This document shows positions 25,374-38,680 of a DNA stretch of 64,000 nucleotides, piece by piece. This DNA comes from Octopus sinensis (lineage: Eukaryota). Where the stretch lies: NCBI RefSeq assembly GCF_006345805.1, contig NC_043003.1, positions 83,204,001 to 83,268,000 of the forward strand, read 5' to 3'. The notes below the pieces were generated by a model. It made no database searches. It was not told the DNA's origin and was given only the letters and a program-made list of their open reading frames with translations. Position numbers and translations under genes: made by a program. Position 1 is the stretch's first letter, and every line of letters starts with the position of its first letter.

Positions 25374-26706
25374 CGATCAGCTAACTGCTCAGCATCAACG
25401 AAGCACATGGGTGAGTTTACATATATTACATCCGGATAAATGGCAAACTTTTACGAATTGCATTTCGGGAGAGGAAAAGTTTTTTCGGAATAAAAATTTA
25501 GCAATTAAGGACAACTACTTAATAAGGAAAACTTAACAAGAAATTGTCAGGTAGATAGCGTAAAAACCTCATAAGAGAAAAAATTTCGAAAATAATTATT
25601 TCTTATTGAACATATTAATTTATATATAGAGGGCATTATAATAATATGTTCAATAAGAAATAATTATTTTCGAAATTTTTTCTCTTATGAGGTTTTTACG
25701 CTATCTACCTGACATTTCTTGTTAAGTTTTCCTTATTAAGTAGTTGTCCTTAATTGCTAAATTTTTATTCCGAAAAAACTTTTCCTCTCCCGAAATGCAA
25801 TTCGTAAAAGTTTGCCATTTATCCGGATGTAATATATGTAAACTCACCCATGTGCTTCGTTGATGTCGAGCAGTTAGCTGATCGGCTTAAGCGGGGCAGG
25901 GTCGTTGTTTATTTATAATACATTCAGGCCTGCTGATGAGTACGTAAGTATGAAATCACTGTGATACAGGTCTATATTTTTTTAAATGTCTTACTTTGAA
26001 AAATTGCATTCGGTGGGATTAGTAATATTTTGGTAGAAATGAATAATTGTCCCTCTTAGCGTTTGGCATGTATGTATAATGCCTTCTGGCATGTATGTAT
26101 AATGCCCTCTATATAAATTAATATGTTCAATAAGAAATAATTATTTTCGAAATTTTTCTCTTATGAGGTTTTTACGCTATCTACCTGACAATTTCTTGTT
26201 AAGTTTTCCTTATTAAGTAGTTGTCCTTATTGCTAAATTTTTATTCCGAAAAAACTTTTCCTCTCCCGAAATGCAATTCGTAAAAGTTTGCCATTTATCC
26301 GGATGTAATATATGTAAACTCACCATGTGCTTCGTTGATGTCGAGCAGTTAGCTGATCGGCTTAAGCGGGGCAGGGTAGTTGTTTATTTATAATACATTC
26401 AGGCCTGCTGATGAGTACGTAAGTATGAAATCACTGTGATACAGGTCTATATTTTTTTAAATGTCTTACTTTGAAAAATTGCATTCGGTGGGATTTTGGT
26501 AGAAATGACTAATTGTCCCTCTTAGCGTTTGGCATGTATGTATAATGCCTTCTGGCATGTATGTATAATGCCCTCTATATATAAATTAATATGTTCAATA
26601 AGAAATAATTATTTTCGAAATTTTTTCTCTTATGAGGTTTTTACGCTATCTACTACCTGACAATTTCTTGTTAAGTTTTCCTTATTAAGTAGTTGTCCTT
26701 AATTGC

Positions 26707-26783
<77 letters not shown>

Positions 26784-26794
26784 GTAATAAGTGT

Positions 26795-27061
26795 AGAAAT
26801 TGATGTTAATCAATTAAAACCAGAGGCTTAGCATATTTAAAAATCCGAAGATTAAAAATTGCGTTGCATACAAAATTAAGAGGAATGACCACTAAAGTGG
26901 AAACCCTCTATGCTAAACATAGACGTCAAATCGCCATTACCACGAAGTATTTTGAATAAAAACAACATCTTGAGAACACATTCTTCGTGGTAATGGCGAT
27001 TTGACGTCTATGTTTAGCATATTGGGTGTCCACTTTTGTAGTCAGTCCTCTTAATTTTGTA
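26795..27061. mobile_element. Hairpin (foldback) repeat with ~80-bp arms
   Basis: 26869 TACAAAATTAAGAGGAATGACCACTAAAGTGG..CCATTACCACGAAG mirrored by CTTCGTGGTAATGG..CTCTTAATTTTGTA 27061. Confidence 0.85.
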
Positions 27062-27091
27062 TATATAACTATGTATATATATATAATATAT

Positions 27092-27126
<35 letters not shown>

Positions 27127-27143
27127 ATATATTATTATATATA

Positions 27144-27197
<54 letters not shown>

Positions 27198-27244
27198 ATA
27201 TATTATATATATATATATATATACCATATATATAATGAGCTTAC

Positions 27245-27277
27245 CCGATTGACCAGGTGCACATGATGTACTGCGTC
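27245..27277 (-). CDS. Possible 33-nt micro-exon
   Basis: CTTCTATCTTATATAG acceptor and CGG|GTAAGC donor; all three frames open. Confidence 0.25.
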
Positions 27278-29461
27278 CTATATAAGATAGAAGTTACAGC
27301 AAAGAAGAATCACATGGGATTATGTGAATGCGACTTCAAAAGAGATGCTGTTCAAACCACCTGTATTCTTTCCGTCACGTGAAGGAAAGAAATAAAGCCC
27401 GTCATATGGCTATGCATGTATGGGGTTTGAAGATCAACTCTACACCACACAGAACCAAATGGAAAATTCTAGAAATATCATTGCCGTATGTTAATGGCTC
27501 TAAGAAATCCATGTTGTGCGTAGCTGAAAGATCGCATATCATTGTTACGAGTAGATCTAAGAATTCCACGGCGCTGCTGAATTCCAGATCAGAAATTTTC
27601 GACAATTAGAAGCATATCACGATTTGGAGGACACATATTCTCTCCTAATAGAGCAGCAGCTATTTTGTAGGCTTTAGACTCTTTCCGCTGATTCACTACC
27701 AACTGGCCCAATTACGGCTTTACAATCCAAGAGTATATGACAGTGTGTTTATATATGTTTAAGAAAGCATCATAGTATATAATAATAACACGCTGGTGTC
27801 AATGTTCGGTAAATATGGAAGTTAAGCTCCTACATATCTGCTTTCAAATCCAAGTGGATTTGATTTGCTTGAGCTGGATTCAAGTGTTAAAATCAGTCAT
27901 GTGTGTGTTTGTTTGTGTGTGTGTGTGCATGTGTGTGGGTGTATGGGTGTGGGTGATTATACATATATAAGCATACATACATAAATGCATATGTAACTAA
28001 ATATACAATCGTAAGAGGTATTAATAGTTTTATGCTATTATTATATTTGAACTGGCATATACGTGTGTGTGTGTGTGTGTATTGTGTGTATACACTCCAT
28101 ATTTATACTGAAAGCTTATTCTATTATTCTATTACTGTTCTTTTAAGCCCATTCAATCCTGACCGAGAAATTAATTCAACCAGTGTCAGTGCCCACTACG
28201 TTAGTCAGATTGTAACTAGGGTTATATGAGCTCCTGTTGTTTCACATTCTTTAAGATTTGGGTTATGTCACTGTTATTCGTAGGAGGTGGAGAAACCACG
28301 TAATATTTCCTTCATTGGTTCATATTCAATTCTAGTATAAGGCATAGTATCCATGGTGACGAAATTTTCCATTCACATTCTAAAATCTTTTAACCAAAAA
28401 GATGATCAAGAGAGAGGACTAGATTTAAAGAAACAATAATTGACCGGTAACTCTCGTTTGAAAATATTTTATAGTATTTTGAAATAAAAACAATATAATT
28501 TTTATTTTTCTTCTAGGTTTGCTTTAGAGAAGGAAAAGTAACGTCCATATTCTTTGCAAAGATTAAGACTATGAATATTTGGAACCCAGCTTAAAGGTAG
28601 CGAAGGGCAAAAAGGTAATATTGGTATTGAAAGATTATACCTGCCATACAATGCTAAATGTGATCCCGCTGGCCAGCTTCCATCAAACATATGTTACTAA
28701 AAAAAAAAGCCTCGGTAAGTCTATGATTATGATAAATCACCGACCTCTCGGCTTCATATCTCTTACCTCAGCACCGATATGTCTATTTGGTGTTTTGCTA
28801 GTTATTCGAACTGTTATAAGAATATTTTCGATGGGTATATGGTGGGAGTATCCAGTTTAATAGAAATGCGTACGCAACTGACGATCATTGATAGTCAGTT
28901 TACAAATAGTTTCAGTTACGAGACAAGATTTTGTATCTTTGTTAGAAAAGCTTAACGTACGTGCATCAAATTTTGTGAGGAGCTCAGCAAATCTGCTTCT
29001 GAGATCCTCGAAATATGGTTGCGAAACGAACTTTTTCACCACAGGTTCATGCGAACAATGATATCTCTATAATAATTAAATATGCAGAGATTGATTCAAA
29101 AAGTAACAGTACTCACTCCCAACTTGTTCACAAAATTTTGTTATAATGCAAGCACAGTTGTTTTTTTTTTACCCTACTACGTCTGACTAAAGTTAAAAGA
29201 ATGCCCGGAGGAGAATCTGCAGACGTAACTTACTGGCTGTAATGTGACACAAAAAAATTTAAAGAACCTCAAGCATAGATTCTTCTACTTCTCAATTTTG
29301 CTGTCTTTAGTAATGGCATAGCGCCATTTTCAGTCCTCTGTCAGTTCGGTCGTATCTTTTTACATTCAATCTGTAAACACAACGTGATACAAAAATCGCT
29401 CCCAGCATTTCCTTCTCTTTCTTTCACAATTCTCTCTCTTTCCTTATTTTTCTCTCACACA

Positions 29462-29537
<76 letters not shown>

Positions 29538-29725
29538 CTCTCAGTGTCGTTCTCTCGCTTCTTCTCACTTTTGTCTGTCTATGTGTATATGTATGTGTGT
29601 GTGTTTGTATGCATGTACAGTCCATTCGCGTCAGTTTTCTTTGCTTTTTCCCTCTATTTGTCTCTAATCATCTGACCTTGCCGTCACCTTCTAACTTTCT
29701 AAATGTATATCGATCGATATACATT

Positions 29726-29726
<1 letters not shown>

Positions 29727-29801
<75 letters not shown>

Positions 29802-29833
29802 TAGATAGACAGATAGATAGATATATCGATAGA

Positions 29834-29867
<34 letters not shown>

Positions 29868-29927
29868 AACAGATAGATAGACAGACAGATAGATAGATAG
29901 ATAGATAGATATATATATATCGATAGA

Positions 29928-29961
<34 letters not shown>

Positions 29962-30000
29962 AACAGATAGATAGACAGACAGATAGATAGATAGATAGAT

Positions 30001-30050
<50 letters not shown>

Positions 30051-30053
30051 TGA

Positions 30054-30103
<50 letters not shown>

Positions 30104-30104
30104 T

Positions 30105-30145
<41 letters not shown>

Positions 30146-30249
30146 CTCGTGTGTTTGTGTGAGTGAGTGCGTGTGTACTGTGCGTGTCTGTGTGTGTATG
30201 TGTGTGTGTGTGTGTGCGTGTGTGTGTATGTGTGTGTGTGTGTGTGTGT

Positions 30250-30282
<33 letters not shown>
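29727..30282. repeat. Compound (AGAT/AGAC)n and (GT)n microsatellite
   Basis: Direct; source of the long spurious YLSI ORFs. Confidence 0.95.
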
Positions 30283-30806
30283 CTGCGTCTGTGCGCCTGA
30301 ACGTATAACCACAATATAGCTGAAGTTTGTTCACAAACATGAGGTCACCTGTTCGATCGCACTGCGTTGCATCTTGAGCTATCGTCACTTTCTAAACCTT
30401 CGTTTTATTAATATCATTCGCATAAAACTTCGTAGACAAAAACAGTATAAAACTCCATCGAATGGATTGTATTCGTAATTTAAAAGGACCAGCCTGGTAA
30501 CACATTATGTCACGCTGATTCTACCATAGAATTATGTTTAAGGTACTCGTCTTTGCCTCATGCTCAGCTTCATACGGGTTAATTCAGAAGCAGATAATTA
30601 AGTTAATTAAACAACTGAATTCTCTTGCTCGAACGACGGAAATCTATCACTGTATGCATGTATGTATGTATGTATGTATGTATGTATGTATGTATGTATG
30701 TATGTATGTATGTATGTATGTATGTATGTGTGTGTGTGTATATATATATACATACATATTTGCGTGTGTGTGTGTGTTTGTGTAAGTAGGTAGGTTGGTA
30801 TAAGTT

Positions 30807-31018
30807 GGTGAGCTGGCAGGATTATTAGCACGTCGGACAAAATACTGAGTAGCATTTCTTCCGGCACTGTACATTCTGAGTTCAAATGCCGCTAAGGTCG
30901 ACTTTGCCTTTCATCCTTTCGAAGTCAATGAAATAAAGCACCAGTTGAGCAGAGGGGTCGATGCAGTTGACATCCCCATCCCTTTAAAATCGTTGGCTTT
31001 GTGCCAAAAATTTAGAAA
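30807..31018 (+). mobile_element. SINE family A, old copy with alternative tail
   Basis: Head and core homology; tail GGCTTTGTGCCAAAAATTT. Confidence 0.75.
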
Positions 31019-31398
31019 GATTACACGTATGTATGTATGTATGTATGTATTACGCAAGTATGCATGCGTCTGTGTGTGGTGTATCCTTTTATACATGTGT
31101 GTATGTATGCGTTCATCTTCTCGCCTGCTTTCATTGGCGGTTCCTCTTTCTTTGTTCTTCTGTCTATGTCTGTTTATCTCCTTCACAGTATCTTTCTTCT
31201 ATCTATCTATCTTTCTATCACACTATCTGTTCGTTCAGTCACTTATCTGTTCATTTCTCCTCCAGCTATTTGCGGTTTCCCCTTCTTTATATTTTTATTA
31301 CTTCCTTTATATCGCGTATATCTTCCTGTCCTCTCTCTTCTTCTTCTCTCTTTTCTCTTATTCTCATTCTTTATACCTTTCTCTCTCTTTCTTTTCTG

Positions 31399-31455
<57 letters not shown>

Positions 31456-32569
31456 AACACATCTATGTGTGTCTGTAAGTCTGCGTGCTTGTGTGATACA
31501 AACGCCATCATTACGCTTTTATTTCCTTTCAGGTTCAGCAAAACATCGAAATAAATGCTTTGCAGAATTTAGTTACGGATTTTTATGTTCTAAATTCGAA
31601 TCTCACCGAGGTCGACTTAACCTTTCATATTTCTGGTGTCAATTGAATAATTGTTTCAAAGCTTGACAAAAGTCCAGCAGTTTTAAGGGAGTGAATAAGT
31701 CGATTACAACTCAAGCATTCATTCAAGTAGTACTTATTTTATCGACTCCGAAAGGATAGGTTAAGTTGACCTCAGGGAAAATTGAAGTCAGAACGTAAGG
31801 AGCCGGAAGAAATGCCACTAAGCACTTTGTCCGACTTGGTAACAATTCTACCAGCTCTTCGCCTGAGGAGTCAATTTAATAATACAAAACTATGTTTTCA
31901 CATAACAAATGTTTTCGTATAAGAGTTATACTGAAAATATATAAGTGTCTCTTTTAAGATGAGTTTTACATACTTAGAATACACAACACAAAAAAAGGAG
32001 GAAGCAGAAAAAATTCACATATTATTTGCAGGTTTTCGCATAGAAAGAGGTTTTAGTGAATAATCCCTAGTGCATATCGAAAACTAAAGAGAATATATAC
32101 TAGAAGAAAAATCGTTCAAATTACCAGTTTTTAGCTGTTTTTCGCTGTTTTTTTGCTGTTTTTCACTGTTCTTTGAATTTTCGCTGTTTTTCAGTTTACC
32201 AACGTTGTGTGTGTTTCCTCCATTATATCTAAAGACTATGTGGTCTTATATACGTATATGTGTGAGTGTATATCTGTGTGTGTGTGTGTATGTGTACATA
32301 CATGCAGATAGTTAGCAGACATACAGACGGATATATAAAGTCAAAAGTGAAAGCTGTGCCCAGGAACCCTCCCCAAAGTATCTGAGACTGGCAGGGATAA
32401 GGATCCTCAATGCAGAAACCTGACACGAAATGATGAAATTGCACAGCCGACATTTGTGGAATTTGAACTCAGATCGTAGAGATTCGGAAGAAAAGCCGCA
32501 AAGCATTTTGACCGACCTACATTTGATTTTCCTTGCTTTACTGTCTTAGAATATAAATGATGACATAAA

Positions 32570-33202
32570 GAATCTTTTCAACTAAAAGTACAAGGCCTGA
32601 AATTTTATGGGGAGAGGATAGTTGAGTATATTGAGCCCAGTGCTAAATTTTTTCTTAGAAAATGTGAATGGCAAAGTCGTCCTTGGTGACATTTGACTCA
32701 GAACATAAAGATAGACGAAATACCTATTTCTTTACTACACACACGAGGCTAAACACAGAGAGGACAAACAAGGACAGACAAATGGATTATGTCGATTATA
32801 TCGACCCCAGTGCGTAACTGGTACTTAATTGATCGACCCCGAAACGATGAAAGGCAAAGTCGACCTCGGCGGAATTGGAACTCAGAACGCAGCGGCAGAC
32901 GAAATACCTATTTCTTTACTACCCACAAGGGGCTAAACACAGAGAGGACAAACAAGGACAGACAAACGGATTAAGTCGATTATATCGACCCCAGTGTGTT
33001 ACTGGTACTTAATTTATCGTCCCCAAAAGGATGAAAGGCAAAGTCGACCCCGGCGGAATTTGAACTCAGAACGTGACGGCAAACGGCTACGCATTTCGCC
33101 CGGTGTGCTAACGTTTCTGCCAGCTCGCCGCATAAATAATGATAATAATAATAATGGTTTCAAAGCATATTGCCCAACACGCTAACGGATGTGCCAGCTC
33201 GA
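32570..33202 (-). mobile_element. Nested cluster of SINE family A: two young copies between the head and body of an old copy
   Basis: Junction GACGAAATAC|CTATTTCTTTACTAC at ~32721 and ~32906; orphan head remnant at 33160-33202. Confidence 0.85.
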
Positions 33203-33733
33203 ATAATAAATAGATTATCTCTAACTGCTCAGTCTTAGGCAAGGAAGAATATAATCGCAAATAGGACAAAGTTACACCAGCACTATGAATATGAAATCGC
33301 CACAGATATGAGATGCTGTAGATATATACCAGCAGTTTCCGAAAATTACTGAGTACCCGTACTCTGGGATACTTCAATAACCACAGAAAGGGAGATTAAG
33401 GCACCCAACAAGATATTGCTATCAATGACTAGCAGGAATAGAATTGCACTTCTAGAGGAGATGAAATATAATTTACATATAAATAACTGAAAATAATCAT
33501 AACCCGAATGTGTTTATCTGTGTGTGTGGAGGGGTGAAAATTCCACTGTAAAAATAGGTGCTTTGGGCATGTTAAAATATCATACAGGCAGATACATAAT
33601 AAAAAAAAAAACCAAGACTTACAAATATACATGAGGTGCAGAAAATAGCACTACTAGACACTGCACACATATCGTGCAGAGTTATTCTGATACTGCAAAA
33701 GCAAAAATCAAAAAACAAAAAACGTAACAAAAC

Positions 33734-33784
<51 letters not shown>

Positions 33785-34514
33785 TTTACTAGATGCACAA
33801 GGTCTGAAATATGGGTGAGTGGGATAGACGATTACATCGGTGTTAGTACTTATTCTACCGACCCTGAAAAAATGGAATGCATAGTGGACCTCGGCGGAAT
33901 TTGAAATCAGAACGTAAAGACGAATGAAATGCCGATGAGTATTTTGCCAAGCATGAAAACGATTCTGTCAGCCTGCTGCCTTAATAATAATAATAATAAG
34001 AAGAAGAAGAAGAAGAAGAAGAAGAGTTCAAATAACATAGAGAAGAAGAGTAGTATGTCGGAGAAATTGTAATTGACATGAGGGTTGATCAAGCTCAAGA
34101 AACTAATTCTCATAGAATTGACCGAGGATATTTACCCCTTGACTGGCAGATTTAGAAAGTAACTTCTTGTAGCTAAACACTTTCGTATACTGGTTGAGCG
34201 TGTCATATAAAAACTTTTACTCTTAGCGTTTTTGAGAAAAGTTTATGTTTACGAAGTTATTTAACGTTAAAGTTCTCGTATTTCGGTAATTTCAACCAAT
34301 CAAGGACGTGTATTCAGATGAATAAAATTACTGCCGTTGTTTGTCAACAACAACTGCTATTTATGACATATTTCATCTCAGTTATGTTTGTATGAATAAA
34401 CGAGTGAATCTGAAGCATGCCATCACCAGAATCGTTTGTGTATTTCTATTGCTTTTAGTTTTTTCCCTGTTTTTCAGCTACTATTTTTGGAAAATCTTTT
34501 TTACCTCCCCTACC

Positions 34515-36739
34515 CCTGCTGACAATTACAGACCAATATGTTGCTACCTGTTAATGTGGAAGTTACTATCAGAGTCTTTAGCGGGGGCATAACTTTATGT
34601 TATGATGAGACCCAAACTGCAAAATGGATGCAGCACAACATATTGAACGTAGTCCCATCCACAAGGGACAGTAGCATGATGGGTCGAAACGACCGTTGTA
34701 CAAACTAAAGATTTACACCAGTTAAGAACTGTACAAATTTCTTGATGTGAACGATATATTACCGGCGGAACAAAAAGGCTGTAGAAGGAGATGCAGGGGT
34801 GCCAAAGATGAATGTTTGATAGACAAACAGTAATGCAAGATTGTAAACGAAGAACACATTTGGGAATGGTCTGGATTGATTATCGCAAAGCTTATGATAC
34901 GATTCCACATTCGTGGATTATTGAGTACCTGTATCTGTTTGGAAATGCGAGGAATGTAACGTGTTTCCTGAAGATAAGTATAGTGTGGTAGAAAGTTGAA
35001 CTGATACGTTACGGGAAAAGGTTTGGCACCCTGGGTATCAGAAGAGGGATTTTCCAGGGTGATAGATTATCTCCGCTGCCTTTTATTCTCTGTATGATAC
35101 CCCTGACATTGTTACTTAGGAAAATGAGCCTGGGATACTAACTAAAGGGAAAAAAAAAACAATCAACCACCTCCTCTTGGACGATTTGAAACTGTATGTC
35201 AGAGATGAGACACAAGGGAGTTCGTTAGTGAACACTGTCCATAGTTTTAGTACTGATATTAGAATGGAATTTGAATTCAAGAAGTGCGGAATAGTCTACC
35301 CAAAAAGAAGTGAGGTATAGTCCCAATGGGGGATAGAATTACCAAATACAGACTTGATTAAGCAAATTGAAACGGAAGGCTACAAATACCCTAATACCCT
35401 GTTTTACTAGAGTTCAACGAGATATTGGAGAAGGAAATGAAAGACCAACTGAGGATGGAGTATTTCCGAAGACTAAGGTTGGTGTGCGCTCAAAATTGAC
35501 TGCATGGAATAAAATGCAAGCAGTTAATACGAATGCGATAGCATCACTTCGGTATGGAGCGGGAATTATAAAATGGCAAAAAAAGATAAGTGGTGAAAAT
35601 GAATACCAAGACCAGAAAAATTTTGACAGTACACGGAGCCTTCCACCCTAGGAATGACACCTATAGGCTGTGCTTGTCCAGAAGAAAGGGTAGGAGAAGT
35701 TTGATCAGTTGCCAGGACTGTGTCGAAGCAGAGGAAAACAGCTTCGGGTGGTATTAAAAAATGCCGTGGAGCCATTGTTGAAACATACTAAGAAGGCCGA
35801 CATCATCAAAACTGAAAATTGTGTAAGGAAAGAAATATTCATCTCTTAAATATAGAACTGTATTATCTAAAGAAAAATATAAGCAAGAAATGAATGCAAA
35901 AACAGAAAAAGCATGGAAAAAATATGTACGGTCAGTTTGCAGGAGATGTGAACGCGAAGACAGATAGCGGACCGGTGGCTATGGATGAGGAGGAATGACT
36001 TGAAGATAGAGACAGAAGTACTCATATGTGCAGCTCAAGAACAGGCGTTAAGGACCAACTATATAAAGTGCAGAATAGACAACACTACCGACAGCGACGA
36101 ATGCAGAATATGTGGGGAGAGGGGTGCATCGGTATGCCCGAAGTTGGCACAACACGAATATAAAAGACGCCATGACATTGTGGCATGCATGATCCATTGA
36201 GATGTCTGTAGAAATCACGGCCTACAAAGAGCAAAGGCGTGGTATGAACAAACACCACAAGGAGTAACCGGGAATGAGAATTGCAAAATCCTGTGGAATA
36301 CAGTGATACAGTGCGATCACCTCACCAGACATCGGAAACCGGACATTGTTGTAGTGAATAAAATAGAAAGAACATGCATGGTAATCGACATAGCATGTTC
36401 CGGTGACAACAAGATCAATGTGAAAGAAGAAGAAAAAATAAACAACTATGACGATTTGAAGCGGGAAATACGAAGGTTGTGGTCAATGAGGTGAGTAGAC
36501 GTGATACCACTAGTAATTGGTGCACTTGGAAGTATCAGCACTCAACTATCAACACAGTTGAAAAAGATTGGTGCCAGTGTGGATGTATAACACCTTCAAA
36601 AATTAGCATTGCTTGGAATTGCAAGAATTCTTCGTAGAGTTCTTGAAGCATGACCAGTAAACAGGTGTCACCTTAGTCTGCTGGCTGTGGACAGCTAACA
36701 CTTTCCATCATACCCAGAAAAATAAGCTGTGAGTTTTCA

Positions 36740-36746
<7 letters not shown>
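34515..36746 (+). mobile_element. R4/Dong-like (RT plus restriction-like endonuclease) non-LTR retrotransposon, 5'-truncated, decayed, (AAT)n tail
   Basis: NYRPI, EQKGCRR, WIDYRKAYDTIPHSW, GIFQGDRLSP, NHLL.DDLKLY; CRICG..C..LAQHEYKRRHD; RKPDIVVV, IDIACSGD, EEKINNYDDL; ends in (AAT)n. Confidence 0.9.
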
Positions 36747-36813
<67 letters not shown>

Positions 36814-36825
36814 TAATAATAATAA

Positions 36826-37373
36826 GCACTGATGCAGTTGCAGGCTATGGAACTCATAACCGATTGGAACTCCTAACCGATTGGAAGTCTTATCCTGTAC
36901 GTTTTGTCTTGGTATAAAACTGATGGACTACAGCAAATATTCTTCGCAGTACCACACATTTCCTTCTCAGTTTCTTGACCTTAACCAGTTGAGCATGTCC
37001 CTTAGTGGATGAGGATAAAAAGTTTTGGCATTTCTGATCACGAGTAGAAGTAGTGGGGGATCATCTTAGCCATTGGGGTTTGAATAATTCACTTCTGGGA
37101 ATATGGTTGTTTCGTTCATCACCCTTAAACAACCCCTATTTAGGGACATTTTGAGCGGAATGGACAACTCGACCTGAAAAAAATTCTAACTGGGCCCCAC
37201 CTGCAAGGTCATGCGCTGTTTATCTTGATATGAGATTACTATATCGCGCACATATGATTGTGATGCATGTGCCTGGTGTACCCTTATCAGACGAGTAGTC
37301 ATGATAGATATACTGGTCTTCGTATATTTTACCCCAGTGTCACATTGATGGCATGCACTGCTTTCTCACTCAA
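36826..37373 (+). mobile_element. ~550-bp non-coding AAT-embedded element (same family as 21289-21848)
   Basis: Collinear homology; starts inside the (AAT)n tail of the R4/Dong-like LINE and ends CTCACTCAATAAT. Confidence 0.85.
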
Positions 37374-37944
37374 TAATGATAGTTTTCTATCCTATATGTG
37401 ACAGCAACACCTTAGATGCAAGGAATAGATACCATTACTTTGTAAGTATTTGTTTTGTTAATATAGGAAGGATAAAAGACAAAAATCGACCACAACTGGA
37501 TTTCAGCGATGACAAAACATTTACAGTTTCTTCTAATATTGATAATTATAATTTCTAAAGATTGGCAAGAGACCAGATCTAAATTTGTTTTGAGGGAGTA
37601 TATGTCGATTTAATGGATCCTAGTATTACGAATGAAAAGCAAACTCGACCTCAAATGGTTTTGAACTTAAAACATCAAAAGACGTATTTAAATATATGAG
37701 ACATTGTAGAACATCACAAGAAGAACTAAATGTATAGAAAACATTTGGTGTGACGAGTGATGTATTTAATGTTTAAGGTTCGTGTCCTTTGTGTGGAAGA
37801 GAAGAAGAGAGGAAGAATGTCGTCACTATGGTTGCAACACCTCAAAGCAATTGGATTTATTGAAAGCTTTCCGTAGACACTTTTATGAAGTAATTGTATG
37901 GATTAATATGGAATCTCATATCATCACAGAATCCAAATTATGGC

Positions 37945-38680
37945 GGTGTATTGGCTGAATTGTTAGAGTGTCGAACGAAATGCCTTGCAGTATTTATTGC
38001 GTTCCCCTTTCAAATCTCATTGAAGTTAACTTAGCTTTTCATTTTATCCGAGACTAATGAATAATGAAGGGGGCTAGTGTAGTGGATTGGTGGAAACTTT
38101 AGAAAGTCATAGAATAAGCTTCTGTATTTTCGGCACTTTGCATTCTCAGTTCAAATCCGTTTTTGCTTACTCAGGAGTCGACGAAATCCGTCGGCCGGTT
38201 TAGAATTTATTAATTTGGCTTTTGAAATGCTCTAGCGAATATTTTAGCCATCAGAGATAATTTGTTTATTATTATTATTATTCTCATCATTTATGCGTCT
38301 AGATGGCAAAATTGTTAGCACATAGGGCAAAATGTTTCACGGCTTTCCTGTCAGCTTTAGGTTCTGAGTCAAATGACACCAAGGTCGACTTTGCCTTTCA
38401 CGTTTTCTAAGAACCTCAGGCTTTGTGCCTGCAGTAGAAAGAATTATTATCGTCATTATTTGTATTTAAATGTAGTAAGCAGGCAGAATCGCTAACACGT
38501 TGGGCAAAATGCTTAGCAACTTTTCTTTCGACTCTCTACGACCTGATTTCAAATTCGACAAAGGTCAGATGTGCTTTTTATCCTTTCGGTATCAATAAGA
38601 GCCAGCTGAGCACTGAGGTCGATATCGACTAAACCTCTACCCCTAAAATCGCTCGCCTTGCGCCAAAATTTGGAATAATT
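37945..38680 (+). mobile_element. Cluster of degenerate SINE family A copies with alternative tail
   Basis: Repeated GGCAGAAT..GTTAG heads, GGTCGACTTTGCCTTTCA cores, GGC(C/T)TTG(T/C)GCC tails. Confidence 0.7.

Larger units (their letters stand above)
22488..26710. repeat. Palindromic tandem array of ~455-481 bp units (3 forward, ~2.3 reverse), bounded by (TA)n, third unit interrupted by a retroposon
   Basis: Forward units start at 22488, 22943 and 23424; inversion at ~25640; reverse units end at 26109 and 26575. Confidence 0.95.

Noticed and set aside
22488-26710. CRISPR-like or spacer-bearing array
   Set aside because: Units are ~470 bp and nearly identical with no unique spacers; eukaryotic context
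25641-26710. Inverted arm as a single-read foldback artefact
   Set aside because: A mirror read would include the retroposon, but the right arm has the empty site; other mis-assembly is not excluded
27328-27609. Overlapping ORFs (93 aa +, 67 aa -) with VEFLDL and AQHGFL RT-like words
   Set aside because: The motifs are in different frames and lack the surrounding RT context
29691-30388. Long ORFs of 195-229 aa (YLSI, HTHT repeats), and similar ones at 18721-19265, 30945-31666 and 55404-55998
   Set aside because: Translations of stop-free microsatellites, not genes
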